A stretch of 64,000 nt of DNA. Source: Lama glama (lineage: Eukaryota). The translations under genes were made by a program, and so were the position numbers. A model generated the notes under the pieces. That model saw only the letters and a list, made by a program, of their open reading frames with translations, was not told where the DNA came from and did not search any database. This document shows, piece after piece, positions 25,516-38,040 of this stretch; position 1 is the stretch's first letter, and every line of letters begins with the position of its first letter. The DNA lies in assembly GCA_028534125.1 (NCBI GenBank), contig CM052823.1, forward strand, positions 6,014,001 to 6,078,000, written 5' to 3'.

Positions 25516-28070
25516 GTTCAGACAAAGTGGATCTGATTTCAAAGTCTTCATTTCTACCATTATGATCTGTTTGATTCTCCTGCGTGAAGAAAAAGAAAGG
25601 AAGCTGCTGATTCAGTTTCACCACCTACAAAATGAGACAGTAAAAGGTAACTCAAACATTGATTGGGAGAACTGAATTGTCTACGGCTTCCACACTGCTG
25701 GGAATGAGGGCAGGTGACCATGATGTCAGGGGAATCTAAACCTGGAGCTTCCACAGGAGGCGGGCCGGGAGGGCTGGGAAGTGGATAAAGGGAACGGGGT
25801 GGAGGCCAAACGTCTTCCTCAAGCTCACGCAGCTCAGTATCAGTCTTTCGGTTTCAGCTCGAGTGTGTGCCGTTCGCCCTGCTCACCGCCCGGCAGGACC
25901 AGCTCCACTGGAGCCCCACTGTGCTCTCCTCCCTTCTCGCCTTCCGACCCCATCCCCTCCCTTGTCCACTTTCTAGGAAATAACAGGTAGAGAGTGGAAG
26001 TGATTTGAGAGTTAAGAGACCTGGGTTTCAATTTTCTTCCTTGTCTTCTGTGTGAGTCTGGAAAAGTCTCTTGAACTCTCTGAGATTCAGTTTCTTTCTG
26101 CATAAAAGAAAGGATTTGGACTCAATTATTTTAAGATATTTAAATCTTAGCATCTCCCCTCCACCGTCTCCTTATTCACCTCCTCCTGTTGTCACTTACT
26201 CTCACAGAAGCTCAGAGAACACAAGGGGAAGACACGCCCAGATCTGCAAACACGGAGGCAGAGAGAACACCAAAGCTGGATTCCTCCCCAGGACTCTCCA
26301 GACAGATTCAGGGCCAGGCCTCTCGGCTGGTGCTGATGGATTGGTTCTAAGAGCCTCCGTGTCTCATGTACGTGAAATCAGGTTCACATCCTGCTCTGGA
26401 GAGTCTCCAGCCCGGACCAGCCTCATGGAAACGTGCAGAGAGGAAGCCGTGATTCATGCCTCGTGCGGCCGGACTCCAGGTGCCATGAGCCCTGCTCTTC
26501 CTTATCAAGGCACAAAGACTGGGAACAGGATTTGCAAACAAGCGGGGGAAAAGTGAGCCTAGGAGAAGAGGGATGAGAGGAAAGAGAGGAAGACAGAAGG
26601 TGGAGACAGAGCGGGAGTCAGGGAAAGAGACGTGAGGCAGAAAAGGGATCTAAGCAGGAAGGCGACAGAGAGACAAAGAAACAGAAGGCAAACAGGAGAC
26701 GGAAGAAAATGAGGAGATGGATGCACTAAAGACTAAACACTAGCACCCCTGCGCTTTGCTGTCTAGATCCCCAAATCTATCATTTCTACTAACATAAGCC
26801 GGAGCAGATTGGACATTTACGACACACATCACCACGTCTCCGTCCTCCAGCTCCCTCTGCAGGGAGGACAGTTATGTGTCCCCTTCAGGAGGAGGACAGT
26901 TAATCTTCAACAAGACATTTTCCTGAAGCAGCTTGAGAGGTGAGCCCAGAGCCAGGCCCGCCTGACTCCAGAGGCCAGGACTGTCCACCAGGCTGGCCTG
27001 CCTGTCTCCAAGTTCAACCCTGTTCTCACCCAAAGAGTCTCAGACACACACTGAACTCCGAAGCCTGGAAATCAGTTAGAACAAGTGAGGGAAAAAAAAA
27101 AAATAGTTTCAACCTGAACCACACATACCAATTGACTTGGGGGCCAGACCCCACATATCCCAGAATTTTTTTTTTTAAGATATCAGACCAGCAAAATCAA
27201 CATCTACTGGAAGATCACACCTGAGCGGCAGATGCAATTGCACGTCTAACAACTGATGTATTTTTTAATCCCCCAAGTCAACATCCGACCACTAGCGTAT
27301 GACCAGCCGTGGGGGGAGGGTGCATTTTCTGGGGACGGCATCATTATTTTCTCAGGACAACCTCAGCTGCCCGGTGCGCTTATGATGTAGTGAGAGATTT
27401 CACATCTGTGTTTAAATATCTCTTAAAGAATATTCTTTAAAAGAAATGAAAAAGCAAAAATGTCAGTAACCTGCAGGGTCTGGACAATAGAGAATATACA
27501 TAAACTTTAGTGTAAGTCTGGCCTCTTTTACAGACTGGATTTGGGGTCAAATCAACTTTCCAGATCCTCAGTTTTCTCCTCTAGAAAATGGAGCAGGTAA
27601 GAACACAGTTGCCATACAAAGTCAAAGTCAAAGTGCTACGTCAGTGCACTTGACCCCCCGAGTCCATTTATTAGCAGGGGCCCAATAAAGGTACACGCCC
27701 CAGTTACATTCCAGGCAGGGAGTGATTTTTTTTTCCCCCAGTTTTGACTTAATGCTATTTCCTTATCTGTCTTTTTTTCCCTTCTATTCTTAAAAAGTTT
27801 AATCAAAGGGACAGTGAACTGGAAAGGGAAAACATGTCAAAATGACGAGAATTCTGAAAAGACATCTTTCCAAATTGTGCAGCTTGGTGCTGGCAAGGTG
27901 ACAAGGGCCCCTACAACCCAGTGCAAACAGAGAGCTGCAAAATCACGCAGCTCGCGTGTGCAATATATGTACGTTAGGTGCCAAGTGCTAAGGAAGTGCT
28001 TTTAAACAAATGACAAATACGAAAAGACTCTTGGAGGATGAGGCCAAGTGAGTGTGAGGGTTTTCTAGAT

Positions 28071-28270
28071 TGCGACGTGGACCTGTGTTCGTCTCGTCCC
28101 CGCCTGCCAGCCAGCACCAAGCCAGGGACCCCACGTAGGACCCCCGGCTCCCCTCCACCTCCGTCTGCGAGCCTGTGTCGCGTGGCCCCGCGGACCCGCG
28201 TGCGCACCGTCAGGAAAGCGCAGCTGCGTTTCAGATGCTGAGCGGTTGGGCTACAGAGTACCGGACAGCG
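28071..28270. promoter_or_regulatory. Small CpG island core; candidate promoter/enhancer
   Basis: Hand count over 200 bp: 22 CpG, about 69% GC, CpG O/E about 0.9; E-box palindrome cgcagctgcg and NRF1-like cgcgtgcgca; CpG enrichment continues toward the adjacent gap. Confidence 0.6.
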
Positions 28271-28596
28271 CCTTCTTCCCCAATCAACTTAATAAACTTA
28301 ACTAATAATTTCATTCGCCGCATGACAATTCCACCAGCTCATGCCGACAGCAACTTAAATGGAACGGGGTCATAAAAATCCCCTTGTATGCGGATTGCAG
28401 GGTGCCATCGTGGAAAAGGAGACGGGATGACAAAGTGAAAGGGAAAAGGCTGTGATTCCTTTATGTGAAGATTACATTTAAAAATAACCAGCTAACCGTC
28501 TGCACTTTTCGGGGGCCTGACGTCTCGAAACGCATTTAGATTGATGTAGACCGAGGCTGAAGTCCTCGTGCTGAGTGAACAGGCAAGTGCTCTTAA

Positions 28597-28768
28597 NNNN
28601 NNNNNNNNNNNNNNNNNNNNNNNNNNNNNNNNNNNNNNNNNNNNNNNNNNNNNNNNNNNNNNNNNNNNNNNNNNNNNNNNNNNNNNNNNNNNNNNNNNNN
28701 NNNNNNNNNNNNNNNNNNNNNNNNNNNNNNNNNNNNNNNNNNNNNNNNNNNNNNNNNNNNNNNNNNNN
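28597..28768. other. Assembly gap (172 N)
   Basis: N run in unique sequence. Confidence 0.97.
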
Positions 28769-29075
28769 CCGGGTGGGGCTCTTCCCTCACCGAGAGGGCA
28801 CTCCAAAGCATAGTGAAGCTAAAATAAGAAGAGAACAGAAGACTGAAAAGAACTTAAAACCGGTGCCAAATCGAGACGGCAAATCTTGAAGGGGAAAGCG
28901 TTCGAGAAAGAAAATAAAATAAAAATAAAGTTGAATCCGGATTGGATGCTCCTGTCCTCTGGGTAGAGAAATCATAAATTGCTTTGAGAAAAATATAGAG
29001 ATGTGTCTTTTCCAAGCCAGTTACTAAGTGAAATTTGCATGACTTCCCAAATATATGCCACGGTTCTGTCTGAGG

Positions 29076-29223
29076 NNNNNNNNNNNNNNNNNNNNNNNNN
29101 NNNNNNNNNNNNNNNNNNNNNNNNNNNNNNNNNNNNNNNNNNNNNNNNNNNNNNNNNNNNNNNNNNNNNNNNNNNNNNNNNNNNNNNNNNNNNNNNNNNN
29201 NNNNNNNNNNNNNNNNNNNNNNN
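29076..29223. other. Assembly gap (148 N)
   Basis: N run in unique sequence. Confidence 0.97.
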
Positions 29224-29768
29224 AATACATTTTGAGGGAGACTGAAGCACAAGGGAAGAGACATGTAAGCTGTGTTCTCGGATAAATTCTGTTTGTTTCT
29301 CGGCACACTTCCCCCTGCCCTCGGGGCAGAACGAGGTGGTAAATTCAGATTTATAGTTTCCCATAGGTAGTTTAGGTCTAAACTCACACAGCCACCACCA
29401 AAAGTGCGTGCTATTGTTAGTAAAGTTTTTTTTTTTAACTCTTTCTCTGCCTCGTCCCCCATTTTTCTGCTCCATTATTCTCACCACCTCTCCTTCCCTC
29501 GGTGAAACATCTTTATTCAGTAGTTGTTTTGTTTTGTTCTTTTTCATTAAGGAATTAGATTGAATGTTTAATTTTTTTTAATTTTAAAAATTAGGTTTTT
29601 TTGATTTAAAATTTATTTTATACTTCTCTATGCTTTCTTTTTTAATCTATTAGTGTGTAGATTTTGTGCATGGCTGCAACTTTTAAAATGTTGTCAGATG
29701 GTCATGATTATTTTAAAATATGTAGATTGAAGATTTGCTTAATGTAAAGCCAGTCCTTCCATTTCTAG

Positions 29769-29870
29769 TTTAAAGACTATTAAGTAGATAAGGCTGTTCT
29801 CTGAAGTATCTTTGCGGAGATGGACCCTAAAAGGCACCAGAATGGATTATTATTTCTGATGATTTCCTGT
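29769..29870 (+). other. Candidate spliced exon (102 nt) with strong-Kozak ATG at 29820
   Basis: Branch-like cttaat, acceptor tccttccatttctag|, donor TGT|GTAAGT; gcggagATGG. Confidence 0.3.
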
Positions 29871-30479
29871 GTAAGTTCTCTGCAATTCTGCAGCAACAGT
29901 AACTGGAGAAAATGAGGAGGAAGAAATTCTGAATATACAGCATGGTTACTGCGTTGGCCGGACAGGCAGATGAAAGTCTTTTTTGTCCCCAGCAAACAGA
30001 GAACCCATGTTACGATAACTGAAAAAGCATACGATTCTAGAACATTCTGCAACCAGACTTTGGGCACCAGGATGCCTCCGTAGGCAAGGTTCCTCTGGCT
30101 TTTCAGCTTGCTTCCTCTGAGAAATTTCATATGCTGATTCTTTTCAATTATCTGTCAGTTTTCAAAATGCGAATGGAAGCATGCATGTCATCACTTTGGT
30201 ACTCACCAGCTGATTTCCTCTGCGCACCCAGACCATAAGTGAGTGTAGTTCAATATGTTCCCTTCCCTTTTTTCAGTGGAGTTAATATTACTGAGCAGAT
30301 TTTGGTCAGCTTCCAGGAACCCAGTGTGTAGAGAGGCAGCATTCTATTTTAGAAGCACAAGTTGGTTTGAAAAATGTGAACTTAGCCCAGCTACTTCTTT
30401 GTTTCATCTTTCTTGCTAGACATATTTTTCTAAAAAAATTTTTTTTTCATCTAAACACACACACACACACTTTTGGCCA

Positions 30480-31050
30480 AATTATGATGACTGCTTAGAA
30501 TGTTTTTAATTCTTTTACATGCTCACAATACAAAAATCATGAAGAAAGAAGGAGAAAATGGCCTAAGACAATCACCAATAATAAATATTTTGACCTGATT
30601 TATTCTCATGGTCTTCTAGACATGTACACTGTATATAGTTGAGCTCACTATACTTCGCCCTTAACCTCATCAATAAATACTTCTTTATATCATTAAAATT
30701 TCCTCATTTACATAACCTAATGTTTATATATAATACTTTACCTAATCATTCACCTATTTGAGGGCACTTTTTTCCTCCACAATTGCAGTAATGCTTAAAT
30801 AAACCAATTCATGGAAAATAGCTCTCCATGTTGGATTACTTTCTTAGAATGGGTTCCTGGAAATAGCATTACTAAGTCAAAGTACCAACATATTTAATGT
30901 TCCTGACACATATTGGCAAATTGCCTTTCATGAAAATTATTCCGACTTACCCTCCTGCAACGAGCACATAGAGTGCCTGTGTCATGGCCTTTCCTCTGTT
31001 GCAAGATTTTTTTAAATTTCTGCAAATTTTAAAGATAACAAAAGATAGTA
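30480..31050 (-). mobile_element. Old L1ME-like fragment
   Basis: ttcctggaaatagcattactaagtcaaag...tggcaaattgcctttca...ccctcctgcaacgagcacatagagtgcctg, antisense L1 ORF2 3' region. Confidence 0.65.
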
Positions 31051-31227
31051 ACTTCTACCCGAAATGATTTTTGAATGTACACCAAGTAATAGATTCATTT
31101 AAAAAATATTTTCACTCATCAAGAAATTTCTAAGCTTATCTCCAGGATGTTTTCTGACCAGTGGATGCTATAAACCTGTGATGCATCATCATACATAGTA
31201 GATCGTGTTGTTAGAAAACCTGTTACT

Positions 31228-31351
31228 TTTTTTTTTAATTAAAATATAGCTGTTTTACAATGCTGTGTTAGTTTCGGGCATGAAAATATATATATATATA
31301 TATATATAATTTTTCTTCTTTTCCATTGTAGATTATTGCAAGAAGTATTGA
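31228..31351 (-). mobile_element. Very short artiodactyl L1 3' tail with internal (TA)n
   Basis: T-run then aattaaaatatagctgttttacaatgctgtgttagtttc...ttttccattgtagattattgcaagaagtattgaa. Confidence 0.75.
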
Positions 31352-34035
31352 AGTCTTTCTAGTCCAGGGATTATTTCACAGAAACAGGGGTGATACTACT
31401 TTTTTGTTTAAAATGTAAGGCAGCTCACACCAGATTCTAAACATGATTGTATTAGGTCATCTTTAAGAGTAGAGTTTTCATGACCTCATGTTACCCAGCT
31501 TGCTGCTTTGCAAAGGGGGAAGGTAAATGGTGCCCTTGGTACTTGGACAGACACTCTGAATCCAAGGAGAACTTGAGAGACGTTTGAGAATCTGGTTTCA
31601 GTCTTTTTGAGATTTTGCCGCAAGAGCCTTAAGAGAATGTTCAGCTCAACAACCCAGAGAGGCAGTGAGGAAAATGCTCAAAGGAGCAACAATCACAACA
31701 ACACAACAAGAACACACAGGAAAAAGCTCCTCACGCTGAGAGACGTGCCAAAGGCCGCACGGAGGTCATTGAAAAACACCTTCGTGTTCTGCTATAAGGG
31801 CAAAGGGAAAGATTCAGTCAATACATGCTGCTTTTGTTTAACGTGTATTATTCCCCCAGACCACTATGTTTTCCAAGTTAATAAAGTCCATCCTATTCCT
31901 TGATGTTTTCTGCAAGACACTGAAGTTTCCAGCTAAGAAAAAGTTGGCATACAACCGTCCTAAAAGATCTCCAAATAGCTCGGTAATGGATGGTGGATTT
32001 TTGTGGTCAGGGGAAAGATCACTCTTTGAACAGATTCAACCTACAAATTATCACCCAAAGTGTCTCCATTCATATGACTCTAATCATTTATATTTCACCA
32101 AAATCACCAGCAGTGGTGAATAGGCATTCCTGCACCACAGATTTTTCAAAGCCAAAAAGGGGACCAAAAAACACAAGAAAGAAAGGGAAAGAAATCCAAG
32201 AATCACCAACTAAAGGAAGCACCCACCCCCGCCCTTCCCCAAATCCTCAATTCCCTTAACTGTCAGATTTTTAAAACTGAGCACACCCTTCTGAGATGAT
32301 GGCATTTTTCCTTGTAAGACTATTCCTTCTAGTGATCAGTTCCCCGCTTAATGAAGTGTTCCCTAAATTAAATCTACCCTTTCTGAAAGGTTACTCCCCA
32401 AACAAAATGAACAGGAAAATGCCTCTAGTCCATATAAATGTCAACCTGCCCTCCAGTAAATCTGTTTTAATCACTACTGTTAAGGAAGCAGCCCGGTTGA
32501 ATAGGAGGGAAACTCAATTACTCTGTATACCAAGACAACTGTCAGAGCGGGTCACAGTGTCTTTCAGAAGAGCCTTCCTCCGGAGAGATGCAGGATGCGC
32601 TCGATCCGCGAATGACCCGACCTTTTGCTTTGTTGGGCTAGGGTGCCGCGTCCCCCCGGCCAAGAGAAGGGAAGAGAACTGGTATCCATTCAGGGCTCCC
32701 TGTGCTCAAGCTCTTTCTCGTACATTTTCTCGCGACTTCCTTACCACAAGATTATTATAGAACTCTTTCCCCTCTGTTTATAGAAGTGGAAAGGGGGTCC
32801 CAGAGGGGTCCAGTCCACCTTCAAGGTCACCAGGCGAGAAAGGGAAGAGGTGAGGCTCGCACCCAATTCTGTACGTTTCCTCCGGCTAAGAGGTGCCAAC
32901 CCTGTTTTCAACTGAGCTTTAGAAGCCTGTTTAAAAGACATAGTCAGCGTGGGGGGATGAATCAGTCAAATGACTCTTAATAGAAGATTTGGGCAAAACT
33001 GGCTTCCCTGACACTTAGAAACATGATCTTACCACTAGATTTCCTGATGTCTGCAGAAACTAAGGAATCCGTAGACCTAGGAAGTAGGCTGAAACTAAAA
33101 CTAAAGCTGGCTGACCCCAAACCAGCTTTTCAAGGTCAGCCCAGCAGAGCTATAAATGACCACTCCAGAGAATTTTGGTTGGGAAACTTCAAACAGCAGA
33201 TACCTCTTGACACTGATTCCAAATAAGCGTGTGCCTTGGATTGGGTTTCGGCAAAGGCGTTCATATGCTCTGCAAAGCTAATGTGCAGAGGCAGCCTTCA
33301 GTGCTTATGTTTTTTGGAATTAAGTTGCATGACTGTGCCTTGCTGTCTAAAATGTGTAAATGTGTAAATTATGCTCAAACAGATTGCCGATGCAAGTTGA
33401 AGAAATGAAAAATATGGTGCACTCTCACGGTAAGGTTGCAGGGGCGTGGCTGGCTGCCTGATGTTAAAGGCGGCCTCCAAGCTCTCCGTTCTTGGGGGTT
33501 CTCGGAAGGATTATTAGAAACGAGTGGTAAAATGAAAAGTAGGCTCAATGGCTTTTTCAAGGGCCCAGCTGCACCTGAACACAATCTCTTGTACTGGCAC
33601 AAAAGGAGTTATGTAAATTATGTGTTTCCAAGTCATATTTAATTTCCCCAGTTCACCATACCCTAACAGAAATACCACCATCACATGCCAAGTCTTGATC
33701 CCTAAGATGCTAAGAATAAAAAGGTAAGGAAATGCCCCTCCATTTCGTTAACTCCAGTGGGGTGTGTGTGTGTATGTGTGAGCACACGTGTGTGTTCCAG
33801 TTACTCATTTTAATGTTGTCTCAGTTTATTGGGATGAGGAGACTAATCCCATCTATGGAAATGCCATGAAACCACATGATAGCCCCTTTCTTCAAGGAAA
33901 TGAAAAGAAACACTCACACCCTCTAACATTACAGAGGCTGAAAAGGAAGAGTGAATGTCAACCTTTCTTGTTGCCCAAGACTCTCATGAAAGGAATAAAT
34001 GATGTGAAAATTGTACTGGATCAATAATGACTTTG

Positions 34036-34078
34036 TGAGTCATCACAGCCAAAGACGTCACTTGTGACTAATGAGTCA
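34036..34078. promoter_or_regulatory. bZIP (AP-1/CRE) site cluster
   Basis: TGAGTCA 34036-34042, AGACGTCA 34053-34060, TGACTAA 34065-34071, TGAGTCA 34072-34078. Confidence 0.5.
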
Positions 34079-36329
34079 TATTGCTAAAAGACACCTGGAG
34101 TCCGATCCTTTCTTTGGAAAACCAAAAACACCAGTGCCTTCCTGAAATCATACGCGGAGTTTGCTAGAACATACCTTAAACTCCTACTGACTCCTTGTTT
34201 CCTGTTCTCCTTGGCACGGGTTATTACTTGGAGAGTTAACAGAATTATTTTGCAAATGGAGTCAGATCATATTTCTTCAGCTTCCAAAAATGTTGCAAGA
34301 ATTAGGTATGAGTCCTGTTTTAAATGAAATGGATAATGAACATTGCAAATTTTTCTAAAGGTCATAAGTTGCACAATGAAAAGGAGGAAATTTAGATACT
34401 ACATTTATAGGTAGGTCCTCACTGCTGAGTCAAGAGGCAGAAACATGTTTCTATAGAAACTCTTTGACACATGCAGCCAATTTAATTGGGAAGGAGATAT
34501 GGGATAGGAATGCTGAAAATAGTGATGTCTAATTGTGGACAAAGGTTTCAATGGTGCTAAGGAAGCTTCCAGATTTGCAATTTTCATTCTCTTGTTCCTC
34601 CCTCCCTTCCCATTCTATTGTTTCCTCTCATTTCCTTTTATCTGCCACCATGAGAAAGAGACAAGATGCTGGAGGTGACAGCTCTGAAATGGCAGTGTCC
34701 CAGAGATTTTTTTCCCCTTCTAGTCTTAATATGGAGCACTGTCTATATTACAAAGTGTAATAATGGATTCATGAAATTAACCTGTATTTCCAGTTAAAGT
34801 CACAAAGTAGTCGGTCCCTACCGAGAAGAGGAACAAGCATGTTTGCATCAATTACCCCGGGTCTTTCATGAGATTGGAGACTTGGAACAGAAAGTCCTAT
34901 TAATTTGTCACAGGCATCCAACAAACCCTGGTATCTCAATGATTATATCAGAAAACAGTGTTCCTGGGTTTGTGCATGAATTCTGTGAGCTGAGTTGGAG
35001 GGGCCCCAGGTCCAAGCCATAAGGAAGAGCCACAAGGTCTACCGTCTAGTCATACCCTCGCTATCTCAGTCAGCTGTCTGCAGCATGGGATTAGTGATGC
35101 TTCAAGGCTCTGGACATTATCTCAAGGCTCCAAAAGGATCTGATCTTAAGCTACCACCACTTACACATAAATATAATTATTATATGAAAATACTTTGTCT
35201 CCACATGTTTAACAGTTTTTCTGTGAGTTTCTTGAGATCAAAAATTATGCTTTTTTTAACTTTATTTCTGCTTTAAAAATTTTATATTCTCACCACCTAG
35301 CACATTGCCTGCTATTTAATAGGCATTTAACAAATATGAGGCAAATAAGTGGATGAAGCAAAGACTCAAGTCAGCTATAAAGAGACTAGTTTTTCTAGAA
35401 CTCAAGTCCTTTGGACCACTGGTCATTTGAAGCAGTTCTCTGCTCTGTTCCTGTTTTATTTTTTCATGATTTTTTTTTCTATCTGCAGGTCCTGAATATG
35501 GTTTAGTTCACCTAGTCTTCAATTTAAATATCCAAATTAAATCTCAAGGGAAGATCATGAAAATGCATGTATTAAGAAGTACATCCTATAAATTCTTTTA
35601 GTATTTTATTTTGATTGAAGGTAGACAACTGTAAATAACTATTGGAAATGATTTTTGTAAGCTCTGGAGCCCATACTGCATGGCAGATGTAAGCCTAGAC
35701 ATTTTCATATATATTATTTAATCACTCCTAGGTATGCATACAATGTCGACTTATTCCACCTCCCAATGTCTCACTCCAGAATGAAGGACCATTTCCAAGG
35801 TCATGCAGATAGTGGTGGAGCTGGAATTTGAATCCATGTGTGTCATTCTTTGCAACTGCATATCAATATAAAAATGAAATACTCTTTTTAGAATAACTCA
35901 AGATTCTGGAGGATCAATCATGAGTGCACCGTATTTACCCAGACGCTCCGTCAAAGAATGCCATTTATCAGGAAACTACTTCACAAGAACTTTAACAATT
36001 TAGCTTTTTGAGTGATTGATTTCAGAGTTGACTCTCATTAGATTCGTGCAGGCTATGTTTAGCAAAATGGATTATGTAATCCATTTTTTGAACTGAATTT
36101 TTATTAACAGATATATTTTCTAGTCAACTAGTCATGATTGAACTTTTTGATGGCTCCAACTTCAAAACTACATCTTACATAATTTTTAAATCTGGCACTA
36201 AAAATATGTGGAGAAACATAAATTAGCATTTCTGGAGGGGGAAGAATGATGTGTATTATTCAAGTTTTCTCTGGAAGAGTGGTGAAGTGGAGGGACTAAC
36301 GTAGTGTAATCGCTCTGACACTTACCAGC

Positions 36330-36490
36330 GTATGATTGTAAGCAGGTCGGTTCATCTCCTTAAGCCTCAGTTTTCTCATCTGTAAATCAAGGGTCATAAA
36401 AACACACATCTTTTCAAATGGCTTTTCAAATTGCCGTGAGGGCACAGCAGAGGAAAAAGATCTGTGAAACTCTAAAGCAAATGCAAGCTC
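36330..36490 (+). mobile_element. MIR
   Basis: taagcctcagttttctcatctgtaaatcaaggg core. Confidence 0.75.
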
Positions 36491-37515
36491 TAGAAAGAAC
36501 TCATGAGGCCATGGGCTCGACCTGCTGTCTAGGTTGGCAAAAACAGGTCCAAGTCTGACCAGTAGAACAGTCACCAGCATCTGCTAAAGAACTGATGCAA
36601 ACCTGTCCGTCATTTTGAAGGAGTTAATCAAGATGATTGCTACCACTGGTAGATTATTTGTTATGCATCTATTGTTTTCCACCCTGGAGTCCACCAGTTT
36701 TCACTCTCAACCTTGGAAAGTTCAAGAATCTTTATTGAAAAATATTACAGTTATTAACATCATCATAATTACTTTATAGTGATTAAGATGATCATAATTA
36801 TATTCTCATTCTGTCTTCAGTTTAAAACACAGCCTATGTGGGAGAGGGCCCTGCGATGCCTTTGCAACAGTCAGGCATGTACCATCCTAACCTGGCACAC
36901 ATCCAGCCGGGGTAATTGCATTCTGCTCACCAAAAACTCCCTGGAGTTTTCCCCAGAGAAGGGCTCCCTCATTTCCTGTTCAGAACCAGCTGTGCCGTGG
37001 GGCTGGCAAACAGCTGCTCTGTCGCTACCCAGAGGTGGCTGTGTTTCAACACGGGCTGGAACAAGGCTTGGATGTTTCTGTGGTCAAGGCTCCAGAGAAA
37101 ACCAGCAGAGTATCCAGGCATTTTCTTTTGCTATTAAAAAAAGAAAAAAGGCTTCTCATGCAACTTATCAGTAGATGCTACATTTCGGGGTTGGCGGAGA
37201 GGGAAATATGTCTTTATTTTTGCATGTATTTTGAAGTCAGAAATGCTCATCGTTAAAAAAGATCGTGTACCTCCAGCTGCCACATCTTCAATCAGGGAAC
37301 TAATAGTCTATTTTATTTTAATTGTTCATAGTTAAAGATGACCTCTGGTACCTCCTAATTAATTACTGAGTTTCTTGTAAGATTCTCCAGTTAGAGCTAA
37401 AGCTGAGATAAAACCTAGCCCTCTTTCTGAACGGTGATCTTGCAGATGTAGTTTTGAATGAGAACATGATTCTGTTTACATGATGTTTAATGAAAGGGAC
37501 GATGTAGATGTTTGT

Positions 37516-37679
37516 NNNNNNNNNNNNNNNNNNNNNNNNNNNNNNNNNNNNNNNNNNNNNNNNNNNNNNNNNNNNNNNNNNNNNNNNNNNNNNNNNNNNN
37601 NNNNNNNNNNNNNNNNNNNNNNNNNNNNNNNNNNNNNNNNNNNNNNNNNNNNNNNNNNNNNNNNNNNNNNNNNNNNNNN
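37516..37679. other. Assembly gap (164 N)
   Basis: N run in unique sequence. Confidence 0.97.
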
Positions 37680-37875
37680 GCCAATTTGAGCACAATAACA
37701 GAGCTTGGAAGTGTCATTAATAAATGGCCGTGTGGCTCGAGCACAGAGAAACGTTTATAAAAACTCTTGCTTGTACCAATGCTTATCTTGGTGGGAGCCA
37801 AGCTTTAGAGAAAACATTTCACAGAAAAAATCAGATATCAGAGTTAGAACCTTGGTAGACTGAAGTGAGCAAACT

Positions 37876-38040
37876 TCCTTCATTCATTCATTCTCGTCTG
37901 TGCTGAGTGCTTCCTATGAGAAAGGCATAGCCTGAACACCCATGACCTTGATCTGGCCATAAGGAACTCACACAGACATGAACCAGCCCTAGAAGTCAAG
38001 AGGTTATGGAGTGTTATCATCTGAGAGAAAAGCATGTGGT
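37876..38040 (-). mobile_element. L2 3' end
   Basis: ttcattcattcattc...tgctgagtgcttcctatg...aaggaactcaca. Confidence 0.6.

Noticed and set aside
25229-25675. ORFs with LPSF/GRKE repeats
   Set aside because: These are translations of the GGGA/GGAA microsatellite
28492-29547. Longest ORFs in the window (up to 202 aa)
   Set aside because: They are open only because they cross N gaps; the same applies at 2392-2930, 37363-37801 and 42021-43194
35489-35620. Exon at the strong acceptor 35489 (also site pairs at 33652-33723 and 45197-45291)
   Set aside because: Only one of the two splice sites is strong in each case and there is no coding signal; indistinguishable from background cryptic sites
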